The notes under the pieces were generated by a model. The model searched no databases. It was not told the origin of the DNA and saw only the letters and a program-made list of their open reading frames with translations. A stretch of 63,719 nucleotides of DNA, counting the filler, from Octopus bimaculoides (taxonomy: Eukaryota), in the NCBI RefSeq assembly GCF_001194135.2. It is 6 parts of 6 records of this genome, joined end to end, with 100 filler letters (N's around TTAATTAATTAA, not from the genome) between each part and the next. Parts side by side here need not be neighbours in the genome. Positions count along the whole stretch, not along the records: positions 47,202 to 52,379 come from NC_068987.1; positions 52,480 to 61,797 come from NC_069009.1; positions 61,898 to 63,719 come from NC_069008.1; 3 more parts are not named here. One strand, 5' to 3'. The position numbers and the translations under genes are program-made. How positions within the stretch are numbered: position 1 is the stretch's first letter; every line of letters starts with the position of its first letter. Of the stretch, positions 50,935 to 63,257 are shown one piece after another.

Positions 50935-52215
50935 GCCCTTTCTACTATATGCACAAAACATGGGAATTTGTGGGCAGGGGTTATGTCANNNNNNNNNNNN
51001 NNNNNNNNNNNNNNNNNNNNNNNNNNNNNNNNNNNNNNNNNNNNNNNNNNNNNNNNNNNNNNNNNNNNNNNNNNNNNNNNNNNNNNNNNNNNNNNNNNNN
51101 NNNNNNNNNNNNNNNNNNNNNNNNNNNNNNNNNNNNNNNNNNNNNNNNNNNNNNNNNNNNNNNNNNNNNNNNNNNNNNNNNNNNNNNNNNNNNNNNNNNN
51201 NNNNNNNNNNNNNNNNNNNNNNNNNNNNNNNNNNNNNNNNNNNNNNNNNNNNNNNNNNNNNNNNNNNNNNNNNNNNNNNNNNNNNNNNNNNNNNNNNNNN
51301 NNNNNNNNNNNNNNNNNNNNNNNNNNNNNNNNNNNNNNNNNNNNNNNNNNNNNNNNNNNNNNNNNNNNNNNNNNNNNNNNNNNNNNNNNNNNNNNNNNNN
51401 NNNNNNNNNNNNNNNNNNNNNNNNNNNNNNNNNNNNNNNNNNNNNNNNNNNNNNNNNNNNNNNNNNNNNNNNNNNNNNNNNNNNNNNNNNNNNNNNNNNN
51501 NNNNNNNNNNNNNNNNNNNNNNNNNNNNNNNNNNNNNNNNNNNNNNNNNNNNNNNNNNNNNNNNNNNNNNNNNNNNNNNAAGAAGAAGAAGAAGAAAAAG
51601 AAGAAGAAGAAGAAGAAGAAGAAGAAGAAGAAGAAAGAAAAAGAAGAAGAAGAAGAAGAAGAAGAAGAAGAAGAAGAAGAAGAAGAAGAAAAGGAAGAAG
51701 AAGAAGAAAGAAGATTGCAGGGCATGGCCACATTACTTAAGGCATAAGATTATGAATGACAAAAGACATTCCTCATGACTCGTTCTGTTTATTCTGCTTG
51801 TTTTCTTTTTTTCTTTCTTTATTTAAATGAATCCGGCTTCAAACATGTGACTGTCCAAACATTTAAAAACTTACGTGTATGAGAGATGACATACGAAGTG
51901 TGGGCTTTCAGGGCGTGCCTCTGACGGCTGTATGTGTGTAATTATGTACACGTACATCCATACGTACACACATACATATGTACGGTATGTATGTATGTAT
52001 TCTCATGTATAAATTTAATGATACAAGGGTTAAAGCTACATCGTATACATATATATATGTATAAATGAATGAGTGAGTAGAGTGGGTGTGAGAAGTATTT
52101 GTGAATGAATGTGTGTCTTATGAGCGCGTGCATCGTCGGACAATAATACAGTTGTAAATGAATAAGTGGCGCTTTCCTAATCTTGGGCTCTGCTAATCTC
52201 TGCACAAAAGAAATA

Positions 52216-52256
<41 letters not shown>

Positions 52257-52257
52257 T

Positions 52258-52312
<55 letters not shown>

Positions 52313-52337
52313 GGATAATAATAATAATAATAATAAT

Positions 52338-52379
<42 letters not shown>

Positions 52380-52564
52380 NNNNNNNNNNNNNNNNNNNNN
52401 NNNNNNNNNNNNNNNNNNNNNNNTTAATTAATTAANNNNNNNNNNNNNNNNNNNNNNNNNNNNNNNNNNNNNNNNNNNNTATATATATATATATATGTAT
52501 ATATATAAGCCAGTAAATAGTGGGGTTATATATATATATATACACACAGATACACATGCACACA

Positions 52565-52722
52565 CATGACAGGCTTCTTTCAGGTTCCGTCTACCAAATC
52601 CACTCACAAGCCTTTGGTTGGCCTAAGGTTATAGTAGGAAACACTTGCCCAAAGTGCCATGCAGTGGGACTGAACCCAGAACCATGTGGTTGGGAAGCAA
52701 GCTTCTTACCACATAGCCACGC
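52565..52722 (-). mobile_element. SINE family A head
   Basis: Matches 9890-10045. Confidence 0.8.
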
Positions 52723-52945
52723 CGAGTACTGTATATGTATGTGTATTTGTGTGTATACACAAACATACATGTGAATACACATACGTACACAAATATACAT
52801 ACATGCACATAGACAAATACATATACTAACACATACAAATATACACACACACACACACACACACAAGTACATACTTATATACATAAAAAATACATACTCA
52901 AGCGATTCAGCTAAATAAATTGAAGAAATAAATAGACACGCATAC

Positions 52946-52995
<50 letters not shown>

Positions 52996-53097
52996 CTTAC
53001 ATACATGCACAAAAAAAAACATAAACAAGTTAGATGGAAATTTTTTTAAAGAAATAAATACTTTTTATTGAAATTGATAAGGAAGTACTTTCACTTA

Positions 53098-53597
53098 CTT
53101 ATTTCTTTATTGCCCAAAAGGGGCTAAACATAGAGGGGACGAACAAGGACAGACAAAGGGATTAAGTCGGTCACTTCGACCCCAGTGTGTAACTGGTACT
53201 TANNNNNNNNNNNNNNNNNNNNNNNNNNNNNNNNNNNNNNNNNNNNNNNNNNNNNNNNNNNNNNNNNNNNNNNNNNNNNNNNNNNNNNNNNNNNNNNNNN
53301 NNNNNNNNNNNNNNNNNNNNNNNNNNNNNNNNNNNNNNNNNNNNNNNNNNATTTATCGACCCCGAAAGGATGAAAGGCAAAGTCGACCTCGGCTGACCCT
53401 TTGAATTACAGGCACAACAGAAACAGGAAGTAAGAGTGAGAGAAAGTTGTCATGAAAGAGTACAGCAGGGTTCGCCACCATCCCCTGCCGGAGCCTCATG
53501 GAGCTTTAGGTGTTTTCGCTCAATAAACACTCACAACGCCCGGTCTGGGAATCGAAACCGCGAGTTCGCTGCCCTAACCATTGGGCCATTGCGCCTC

Positions 53598-53598
<1 letters not shown>
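53098..53598 (-). mobile_element. SINE family B fragment (53098-53392) fused to a family C fragment (53392-53598)
   Basis: Junction gtcgacctcgGCTgaccctttg; gap inside the B part. Confidence 0.75.
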
Positions 53599-53636
<38 letters not shown>

Positions 53637-54760
53637 TTTCATTTTATCTAGTTTCAGCTCATGAGCTGTAGCCATGCTGGGGCACCGCCATTTATATATA
53701 TATATATATATATATAGATAAATTATAAATATTAATACAATACAATAGTATTGTTTTCCAGCGAAATAAAGCACTGTAAAGATATATATGCACACACACA
53801 AACACTCATATACATACATTTAAAGGGCAGACAACCGATAGATAACTGTCCTATTCCTGTCCTCAGAAGAGCCAAGAGATTCTCTGAACGTAGTATAAGG
53901 GAAAGAAGTATGGAATGGCTATTTTACGTTTTACTTATTCACCGCTTTTAAGTATACTGTACGCTATTTTCTCCTTTTGATTTCATAACCCTAGCCTAAA
54001 ATTCAGTCGAATTTAAAATATGTTGCTTTTAAAATTTCATTAGATTCTACGGAAAATGCCGACGACCCCGAATGTCTGTTGTAGAAGATTCGAGAAGAAA
54101 AGTTTTAAAGTTTTTCTATTATTAAGTGGCAAATATACTTTATTATTATCGTTATTGTTTAATGCTATCTCCCGGCTTGGGATTCCTTGAACTGATTAAT
54201 TTTTGATCTCCGATAAAAGGCTTTCCGGCCGTGATCGTCCCGTTTTTTTTATTTTTTAAATATCTATCTTTCTTTACCCTTTTTGTTTTTAATTTTATTT
54301 GATTATTTGTGGTGTTTTAACGTTTGGGATTTTGGCTGGTATTTCTAGCGCGCTAAGCGACCCCGTCTTGTCCCTTGTTAAGCTGGCAACGTCTAGTTAA
54401 GATGTTTGTCTTAGCAACCATGTGCTTCCGGGTTTCAATCTCATGAGACGGCATCTTGTAAAAGCGTAATCTCACAACAGCTTTGGGTCGGCCTATCGAC
54501 TTGTGACTAGATTTTCCCCTCGGTCGAGCATCTAGACTTGACTGGGTACGTTCCAGTTGTGGTCAACACATCTGTTTTGTACATTGGGGACTGATTTTCC
54601 ACTCAGCAGGTGGTGTTGTGTGACCTCAGGTCAGTATAATAGTTATTATTCGTACCCATGTTGCTGTCGTTTGGCCCCAGGCCAGTCACGAACCGGTAGA
54701 CCCATGTTCAAAGACGTTCCCGCTATGACAATATATCTAGTACTACATCTGTTATGTATA

Positions 54761-55641
54761 CAGGGTGTCCACAAAGTCTGGGTACATGGGGATTTCTTAT
54801 TTCTTATATTTAATTGTTTATGTTATAATTTTATTTACGCCATGTACCCCACATGGGGATTAACATACTTTAAGAAATTATTATTTCTTATGTTTAATTA
54901 TGATATGATTTTATTTACTCCATGTACCCCACATGGGGATTTAACACATACTTTAAGAAATTATTATTTCTTATGTTTAATTATGATATGGTTTTATTTA
55001 CTCCATGTACCCCNNNNNNNNNNNNNNNNNNNNNNNNNNNNNNNNNNNNNNNNNNNNNNNNNNNNNNNNNNNNNNNNNNNNNNNNNNNNNNNNNNNNNNN
55101 NNNNNNNNNNNNNNNNNNNNNNNNNNNNNNNNNNNNNNNNNNNNNNNNNNNNNNNNNNNNNNNNNNNNNNNNNNNNNNNNNNNNNNNNNNNNNNNNNNNN
55201 NNNNNNNNNNNNNNNNNNNNNNNNNNNNNNNNNNNNNNNNNNNNNNNNNNNNNNNNNNNNNNNNNNNNNNNNNNNNNNNNNNNNNNNNNNNNNNNNNNNN
55301 NNNNNNNNNNNNNNNNNNNNNNNNNNNNNNNNNNNNNNNNNNNNNNNNNNNNNNNNNNNNNNNNNNNNNNNNNNNNNNNNNNNNNNNNNNNNNNNNNNNN
55401 NNNAACATACTTTAAGAAATTATTATTTCTTATGTTTAATTATGATATGATTTTATTTACTCCATGTACCCCACATGGGGATTTAACACATACTTTAAGA
55501 AATTATTATTTCTTATGTTTAATTATGATATGGTTTTATTTACTCCATGTACCCCACATGAGGATTAACACATTTCTTATATTTAATTGTTTATGTTATG
55601 ATTTCATTTACTCCATGTACCCAGACCTTGTGGACACCCTG
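54761..55641. mobile_element. Tc1/mariner-type MITE filled with an 83-bp tandem array
   Basis: 29-bp TIRs (CAGGGTGTCCACAAAGTCTGGGTACATGG, 1 mismatch), TA on both sides; unit starts at 54840, 54920, 55003, 55462, 55545; 390-N gap inside. Confidence 0.85.
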
Positions 55642-56195
55642 TATAGTTAGTATTAGCGCAGCTATTTTCAAAGATGTTCCTGCATTGATTATTTCGTCAT
55701 TTATTCAGACTTAGTGTATCTGGGACTACACTGTAATATAGAGCAAAGGTTCTTAACCATTTAACCTATGGACACCTTTAAATCATGTTTTTCACTCCGG
55801 TGTCCCCTCATATTTAAAAACTGGGTACTATTCAAGAAGAATGGTCCCAGCGCGCGCACTCGCGTATTTTATATTTTTATTATTAAATATTAGGAATTGT
55901 ATTTAAAAAAAATTGTTAAAAGGTATATTAACTAAGAGACATTTCTCCGAAACTCTTTCTATTCCACCGAATATCCAATATAACCACTTACCGCGGTTAT
56001 ATTTTCCATGACATAATTTACTTTCATCTATCTCCACATAGCATCAAAACCGCCAATTTCCATGGGGTTTTGTTGGAGCCAAACTTCACATATTTTAGTG
56101 TAATTTAGCGATGCCCCATTACCTTTTTTTTTTAACGCATGTAAACTGAACAATTACCTTAGAAGTATAACCGATTTATTGCAGAATAAATCTTG

Positions 56196-56706
56196 GTGGA
56201 GATGGAGTATATGTAATCTGGGTATACCCCGCCTTTTAAATTCCGATTCTGAAAAAATTTTTTTCAAAAATCTCAATTTCAAAATTTCGATCCCCCCCCC
56301 CCCNNNNNNNNNNNNNNNNNNNNNNNNNNNNNNNNNNNNNNNNNNNNNNNNNNNNNNNNNNNNNNNNNNNNNNNNNNNNNNNNNNNNNNNNNNNNNNNNN
56401 NNNNNNNNNNNNNNNNNNNNNNNNNNNNNNNNNNNNNNNNNNNNNNNNNNNNNNNNNNNNNNNNNNNNNNNNNNNNNNNNNNNNNGGTTTTTATATAGAT
56501 CCACAGGGTAAACTTAACCCTAACCCTAAACCTAACACTAGTTTGTGAGATTTGGCTGTTATTTCTAGCATGTAAATAGCCTGCTTGGTGGGGGGCGGGG
56601 AATTGAAATTTTTCAAACAATTTTTTTTTCAGAATTGGGATTCCGTTAAAAAAATTAATAAATAAGGGGGCGGAAAGGTTCAGATTATATATAGTCCGTC
56701 TCTACC
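56196..56706. mobile_element. Foldback/MITE-like element with degenerate inverted ends
   Basis: ggtggagatggagtatatgtaatctg (56196) versus reverse complement of cagattatatatagtccgtctctacc (ends 56706); internal taaccctaaccctaaacctaac; gap inside. Confidence 0.45.
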
Positions 56707-56904
56707 GGGCGTCCAGCTGTAGAAACCATGCCAAATCAGACTGGAACTTGGTGCAGCTCTCCAGATTACCAGTTCAGTCAAACCGTCCAACCCATGCCAG
56801 CATGGAAAGCAGACGTTAAATGATGGTGATGATCTAGAGTTGACTAGTTAACAATCCGAGACCCTCTCTGTATGTTTGTATGAAATAAGAACATGTTTGT
56901 TTCT

Positions 56905-57225
56905 GTAGTTGTATGCTGTCAACTTAATGTGACAGTCCCCTGAAGGGAATAATACTATTGTTGGTTAGACCTAGGAAGCTTCACCACTTCCTGTCGGCCT
57001 TGACACATTTCCCGTGTCCTTATGTTGTAAACCGCTTCCTGTTGGCCTTCACACATTTCCTGTGTCCTTATGTTGTAAACATAAGGATATACATTCCTAG
57101 GTCTAACCAACAGTAGTATTATTCCCTTCAGGGAACAGTCACATTAAGTCGACAGCATACAACTACTTCATCGTATTACTACTGCATAAATCTCTGAGAG
57201 ATTTAGAAAAGTATTATTTCTGAAT
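56905..57225. mobile_element. Repeat family F copy folded into a 73-bp inverted repeat
   Basis: Arms 56905-56977 and 57094-57166, 4 mismatches in 73; spacer holds a roughly 49-bp direct repeat. Confidence 0.7.
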
Positions 57226-57243
57226 GTTTATTTCTGTTTGTAG

Positions 57244-57463
57244 ATTCATCTTTAAGTCTAAACTACGTCCTGTCGCAAACTGCTTGACATTTGAAGACAT
57301 CGACGATACAATGGCTACAAGTTCCGCAGACAAACTTTTTAAGCCAGTGTACAAGAATGGCGTTTATGATAACCCTTTTCCGACATGGAGGAACATCAGT
57401 TACTTGGATGTTATCAAGTGGCTTGTAATAACCAAGGATAATAGCAATATACCCAACAAAGAG
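57244..57463 (+). CDS. NAPEPLD: NAPE-PLD coding exon A (N-terminal; candidate start ATG at 57311)
   Basis: Acceptor tttgtAG at 57242-57243, donor GAG|gtaaag at 57463. Translation ...MATSSADKLFKPVYKNGVYDNPFPTWRNISYLDVIKWLVITKDNSNIPNKE resembles the NAPE-PLD N-terminal motif (human [36 protein letters not shown], from memory) and splices in phase 0 to the next exon. ATG 57311 has acaATGG context; frame is also open back to the acceptor. Confidence 0.85.
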
Positions 57464-57574
57464 GTAAAGCAGATCTTAATTTATTTACTGGTTTTTGTCT
57501 TTGGTTTGTGAGTGTACAGAGGTGTACACATATAGATGCACATACACACACACATTTGTATAGAAGTGTGTATA

Positions 57575-58195
57575 TGTGGCTATGTGGTAAGAAGCTTGCG
57601 TCCCAACCACGTGTTCAGGTTCAGTCCCACTGTGTAGCACCTTGGTAAGTGCTTTCTACTATAGCTTTGGTGGAGGCGCAATGGCCCAGTGGTTAGGGCA
57701 GCGGACTCGCGGTCATAGGATCGCGGTTTCAATTCCCAGACCGGGCATTATTGAGCGAAAACACCTAAAGTTCCACGAGGCTCCAGCAGGGGATGGTGGC
57801 GAACCCTGCTGTACTCTTTCACCACAACTGTCTCTCACTCTTACTTCCTGTTTCTGTTGTACCTGTAATTCAAAGGGTCAGCCTTGTCACACTGTATCTC
57901 CCCGAGAACTACGTTAAGGGTACACGTGTCTGTGGAGTGTTCAGCCAGTCAGGCGGTACTGGCAACGGCCACGCTCAAAATGGTGTATTTTACGTGCCAC
58001 CTGCACAGGAGCCAGTCCAGCAGCACTAGCAACGATCTCGCTCGAATGTCTTTACATGTGCCACCGGCATAAGTGCCAGGAAGGCGACGCTGGGCACAGG
58101 TGCCTTCACAATTTCGCTTTAGCTTGCCCCAACAGGTCTTCGCAAGCCGAGTTTCGTGTCCAATGGAGACGGCATTGGCATGGGTGCAAGTCGTT
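57575..58195. mobile_element. Mosaic of SINE A head, SINE C and RTE 3' UTR in the first observed NAPE-PLD intron
   Basis: A at 57575-57667, C at 57668-57945, RTE UTR at 57945-58195, each matching other copies in the window. Confidence 0.8.
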
Positions 58196-58287
58196 CAATT
58201 TCGAAGACACATACTGTTAGTATTCTATTATTCTGCTATTCCATTATTCCACATTCTCTTTATTCCAGTATATCCTTCTGTTTTTAG

Positions 58288-58779
58288 GTCCTTGACCAGA
58301 CTCTGCCTGTTATCACTCCTGATCTCCAAGAACTTGCTGATCCACCAAAAGAAGGTATTCGCTACATGTGGCTTGGACATGCAACCACACTGGTGCAATT
58401 AGATGGGGTTACCATACTCACTGACCCGGTCTTCAGCGATCGGTGTTCATTCGTTCAGTTTGTGGGGCCAAAGCGCTTTCGTCCCTTGCCCCTGAGGGTA
58501 AAAGACCTGCCTCGAGTGGACGTCGTCCTCATCAGCCACAATCACTATGACCACCTCGACTACGGCTCTGTCGTGGCCCTGCGTGAAAAGTTTGGTGCGA
58601 AGCTCACCTGGTTTGTGCCGGCTGGCAACGGCAAGTGGATGCGGGAAAACGGGGGCTGCAAGAACATCAGAGAGCTGAGCTGGTGGGAGAGCTCAGAGGT
58701 GCCGGACCACCCGGAGGTGCGCATCGTGTGTACCCCATGTCAGCATTGGAGTAGGAGGGGAGTCAACGACACCAACAAG
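58288..58779 (+). CDS. NAPEPLD: NAPE-PLD coding exon B (164 codons, MBL catalytic core)
   Basis: Acceptor tttttAG|GTC, donor AAG|gtatgt, phase 0/0. Encodes VLDQTLP...YMWLGHATTLVQLDGVTILTDPVFSDRCS...GPKRFR...VVLISHNHYDHLD...WFVP...LSWWE...TPCQHWSRRG with the HxHxDH zinc motif, WLGHA, TDP and QHW motifs. Confidence 0.95.
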
Positions 58780-58920
58780 GTATGTTGTATGTGGCATCAT
58801 CATTATCACCATCATCACTACTGTGATCATCATCATCATCACCTTCAGCATCATCATCATCATTATTGTCCTAAATGTCATTGTTGTCGTCATCTCTGTC
58901 ATCACTTTCATTACTATAAT

Positions 58921-59648
<728 letters not shown>

Positions 59649-59906
59649 ATCATCATCATCATCATCATTACCACCATCAGCACTGTGTTCATCAACATCA
59701 TTATCATCATCTTCACTGCCATAATTGCCTTTGTTTCTATCCTCTCTATCATTCTCTCTCTTTCTCACCCTCAATCACCCTTTCTGTCACTCCCACTCTC
59801 ACTCACCATCTCTTACCCTCACTCTTACACTCTCATCCACACCCTCACAATCTCTCCCCCTCTCTCTCTCTAACCCTCACATCCTCTCCCTCTCCTTTCT
59901 TTCCAG

Positions 59907-60055
59907 GCCCTGTGGAGCAGCTGGAGTGTGCTGGGACCAACCCAGAAGTACTTCTTTACAGGGGACACAGGCTACTGTGCAGCATTCAAGCAAATTGGGG
60001 CAGAATATGGTCCCTTTTCTCTTGCTGCTATCCCTATAGGCTCCTTTGAACCAAG
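59907..60055 (+). CDS. NAPEPLD: NAPE-PLD coding exon C (149 nt)
   Basis: Acceptor ctttccAG|GCC, donor AG|gtaagt (phase 0/2). [50 protein letters not shown] contains the GDTG and AAIPIG-x-x-EP motifs. Confidence 0.95.
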
Positions 60056-60894
60056 GTAAGTAAACAAATGGTGGTGGTGGTGGTGGTGGCAGTGATGCTA
60101 GTGGTATTGCGGGTTAAGGCGGAAGTGCCCCCTACTCCCATGGCCCCAAAAAAAAGGAAGAACAGGACACGGTCGACTCTTGATAGCGTACCGCCGGCGT
60201 GTCCCGATGCTCCGTTGGTGGGAAATGTGCCACCAACGGAGGAAGGCCTGTCGGGAAGTGTGCCGCCAGCAGTAGAAACTGTGGCCTTACCCTACGAGGA
60301 CAAATATCCGTCAAATGTAAAAAATGTTGAAGCATCTTATTAAATACAGCAAATCATCACATCTGGTTCCTTGTCATTTCCTCAGCGAGGCCCAGTGTCT
60401 GAAGATCCTTTCTCACCATTTTTCTTATGCGTGCATACTGATATTACCCATCCTGTGGAACATGCTGGCTTCATTTCTTTCAAGCCTTCACATGTCCTCT
60501 GTAGTGAACTTCCATGTTTCACTGCCATGTAACATAGCTGTGTATACACAGACATCATACAATCTACCCTTCACTTTGAGGGAGAGGGCCTTAGTTACCA
60601 GCCTTCTGTCAAAATCTCATTTTAATTATGTTCCAAATGCCAGATTAATGACGACAATTATTTTATTAAATTCTTTATTTTCAAAATTAATTTAAACATC
60701 AAGGCAGTAAATTTCAACAGAAATATGGTAATAAAAGGATTAAAGTGATCTAAATTAAAACCTTTCAAAATTCCCTGTTAATTTATGTTCCAAACACTTG
60801 ATTAATAATGACAAAATTATTTTACTAAATTTTTCAATATCTTTCAAAATTAAGTCCGTGTGTGTTTCAAAAGAGATGTAAAAAAATTCTTTTA

Positions 60895-61086
60895 ACTATA
60901 GGCACATGGCCTGAATTTTTGTGGAGAAGGGGGCAATCAGTTACTTGACTGGTACTTAATTTATTGACCCCGAAAGGATGAAAGAGAAAGTCACCCTTGG
61001 TGGAATTTGAGCTCGGAATGTAGCGACAAATGAAATACCGCTAAGCATTTTGTCCTCTGTGCTAACGATTCTGCTGGCTTGTCGCC
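60895..61086 (-). mobile_element. SINE family B in a NAPE-PLD intron
   Basis: ctggtacttaatttattgaccccgaaaggatgaaag core. Confidence 0.75.
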
Positions 61087-61091
61087 GTATG

Positions 61092-61122
<31 letters not shown>

Positions 61123-61146
61123 AATAATCATTATGTTCTGTTGTAG

Positions 61147-61261
61147 GTGGATGATGAGGCCCCAACATGTTGATCCTGGTGAAGCTGTGTTGATACACCA
61201 AGATATTCAATCAAAACAATCATTTGGTATCCACTGGGGCACTTTCAAGTTGGCTAACGAG
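61147..61261 (+). CDS. NAPEPLD: NAPE-PLD coding exon D (115 nt)
   Basis: Acceptor ttgtAG|G, donor GAG|gtact (phase 2/0). [38 protein letters not shown] contains the QHVDP and IHWGTF motifs. No stop codon, so a final exon must lie elsewhere. Confidence 0.95.
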
Positions 61262-61690
61262 GTACTCTTAACCCTATATCACTTGTTGTTCTTCCTGTTG
61301 TTATTGTTATCCTTTGGTGCCCTGTCAGGCGTTGTAATGATCTTCCTGTTTTTTTTATTTAGGAATAGTGTATCTAGGACTACATTATCTACTGTGCCAT
61401 ACAGTAGTTAGTATTAGTGGTTATTAGTAAGCGAAGTAACCCTAACAACAAATAGCTTTGAGAGATACAGTGTTCGATTCTCTGTTGCAGCTTGCTGGTC
61501 ATTTTTCTCCATCTCTCTCCTTCATCAAATACCCAATGAACACTGCGAAAGTAAATGTGCTTTATCGGTAAACTACCAGGTGTATATCCTGTAATTTATT
61601 AACTATATATATATATATATATATATATACATACATACATATACAACTGCTGCTTTTAAATAAAGTATATATATATATTTGAGCTTGGAA

Positions 61691-61797
61691 TGAAGAGCGT
61701 AGCTCGAAACGTCAAAGACTTTCCGTATTCCCGAGCGTCATACTAATACATCCTTTTGTTATTTACACCACCTGTCCTCGTCTGTTGTTGTTTTTTC
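61691..61797 (+). mobile_element. Second copy of repeat family E (5' truncated, cut by linker)
   Basis: tgaagagcgtagctcgaaacgtcaaagactttccgtattcccgagcgt...ctgtcctcgtctgttgttgtttt matches the reverse complement of 367-472. Confidence 0.6.
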
Positions 61798-61992
61798 NNN
61801 NNNNNNNNNNNNNNNNNNNNNNNNNNNNNNNNNNNNNNNNNTTAATTAATTAANNNNNNNNNNNNNNNNNNNNNNNNNNNNNNNNNNNNNNNNNNNNAGA
61901 GCTGCGCTCGGTAGTGAAGTGAAAGCACGTTATAAAAATAAAACTACTGAATAATAATAATAATAATGATAATAATAATAATAATAATAATG

Positions 61993-62071
<79 letters not shown>

Positions 62072-62154
62072 TAATAATACAGATCACATACACGGTGTGC
62101 TAAAAAACAGATATAGGTGGCTGAAAGAAGAGTAAGATACACTTATTTAATGTC

Positions 62155-62472
62155 ATGAAAGAACAAAACCTGGAAAGAAGTGGCAGAGTAGGCCGAGGGA
62201 CCTTGAAATTTTGGATGGAAAAGGACATGTGTCCAATGTCAGAAAATAAACTAATGAACCAAGTGGGAGTGATTAGGAGAAAGGGTTACTTAACTGGAGT
62301 AGAAATATCTCGGTTTAGTGAGAGTCTGAGAGACCCTGCGGATGGGCTACAAAGGATGGTCGGAATTGAAAACAGAGAGAAGAGTAGACAGGAGGAACAG
62401 GAACGTTATACAGTGAACCCTGATACTGTGGTGGGTGGACATGCAGGGGAAATGAACCGACAAGATAATTAA
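62155..62472 (+). mobile_element. Possible N-terminal ORF fragment of an R4/Dong-like element
   Basis: FWMEKDMCPMSENKLMNQVGVIRRKGYLTGVEI resembles the W-x-EKGM...L-x-DQ-x-R-x-IRK-x-GWL motif I recall from this clade; follows an (AAT)n tract. Confidence 0.4.
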
Positions 62473-62574
62473 TTGCCTGAAATGCAAAGACGACTCACTG
62501 GCTTGAATGCTCCAGAAGAAAGAAGTCCCCATGAATTTGAGAAGGGTAGATAGGAGTATGATAAATAAAGTAAC

Positions 62575-63257
62575 ATCATCATTGTTTAACGTCCGCTTTC
62601 TATGCTAGCATGGGTTGGACGATTTGACTGAGGACTGGTGAAACCAGATGGCTACACCAGGCTCCAATCTGATTTGGCAGAGTTTCTACAGCTGGATACC
62701 CTTCCTAACGCCAACCACTCCAAGAGTGTAGTGGGTGCTTTTACATGCCACTGGCATGAGGGCCAGTCAGGCAGTATTGGCAAAGGCCACACTCAAGTGG
62801 TGTTTTTTTAAGTGCCACCTGCACAGGAGCCAGGCTAGTGGCACTGGCAACGACCTCCTCGAATGTTTTGTCACATGCTACTGGCACAAGTGCCAGTAAG
62901 GCGACGCTGGTAACGATCTAGTTCGAATGGTGCTTTTTACGTGCCACCAGCATGGAAGCCAGTCAGCAGCTCTGGTAGTGATCACGCTCGGATGGTACTC
63001 TTAGTGCTCCACTGGCACGAGTGCCGGTGGAGCACCAGTCATCGATTTTGTGAATTTGATTTCGATTTCACTTGCCTCAACAGGTCTTCACAAGCAGAGT
63101 TTAGTGTCCAATGAATGAAAGGTACGCACAAGTGGGCTGGTTACATCCCTGGCATAGGCCACAGGTTATGGTCTCACTTGGCTTGCCGGGTCTTCTCACG
63201 CACTGCATATTTCCAAAGGTCTCGGTCACTAATCATTGCCCCAGTGAGGCCTAATCT
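62575..63257 (-). mobile_element. RTE-type LINE 3' end (ORF C-terminus, 3' UTR with GTGCCAC subrepeats, (GAT)n tail)
   Basis: Minus 63257-63174 = RLGLTGAMISDRDLWKYAVREKTRQAK*; UTR ends ggacgttaaacaatgatgatg. The same UTR recurs at 31660-31840, 56705-56835 and 57945-58195. Confidence 0.75.
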
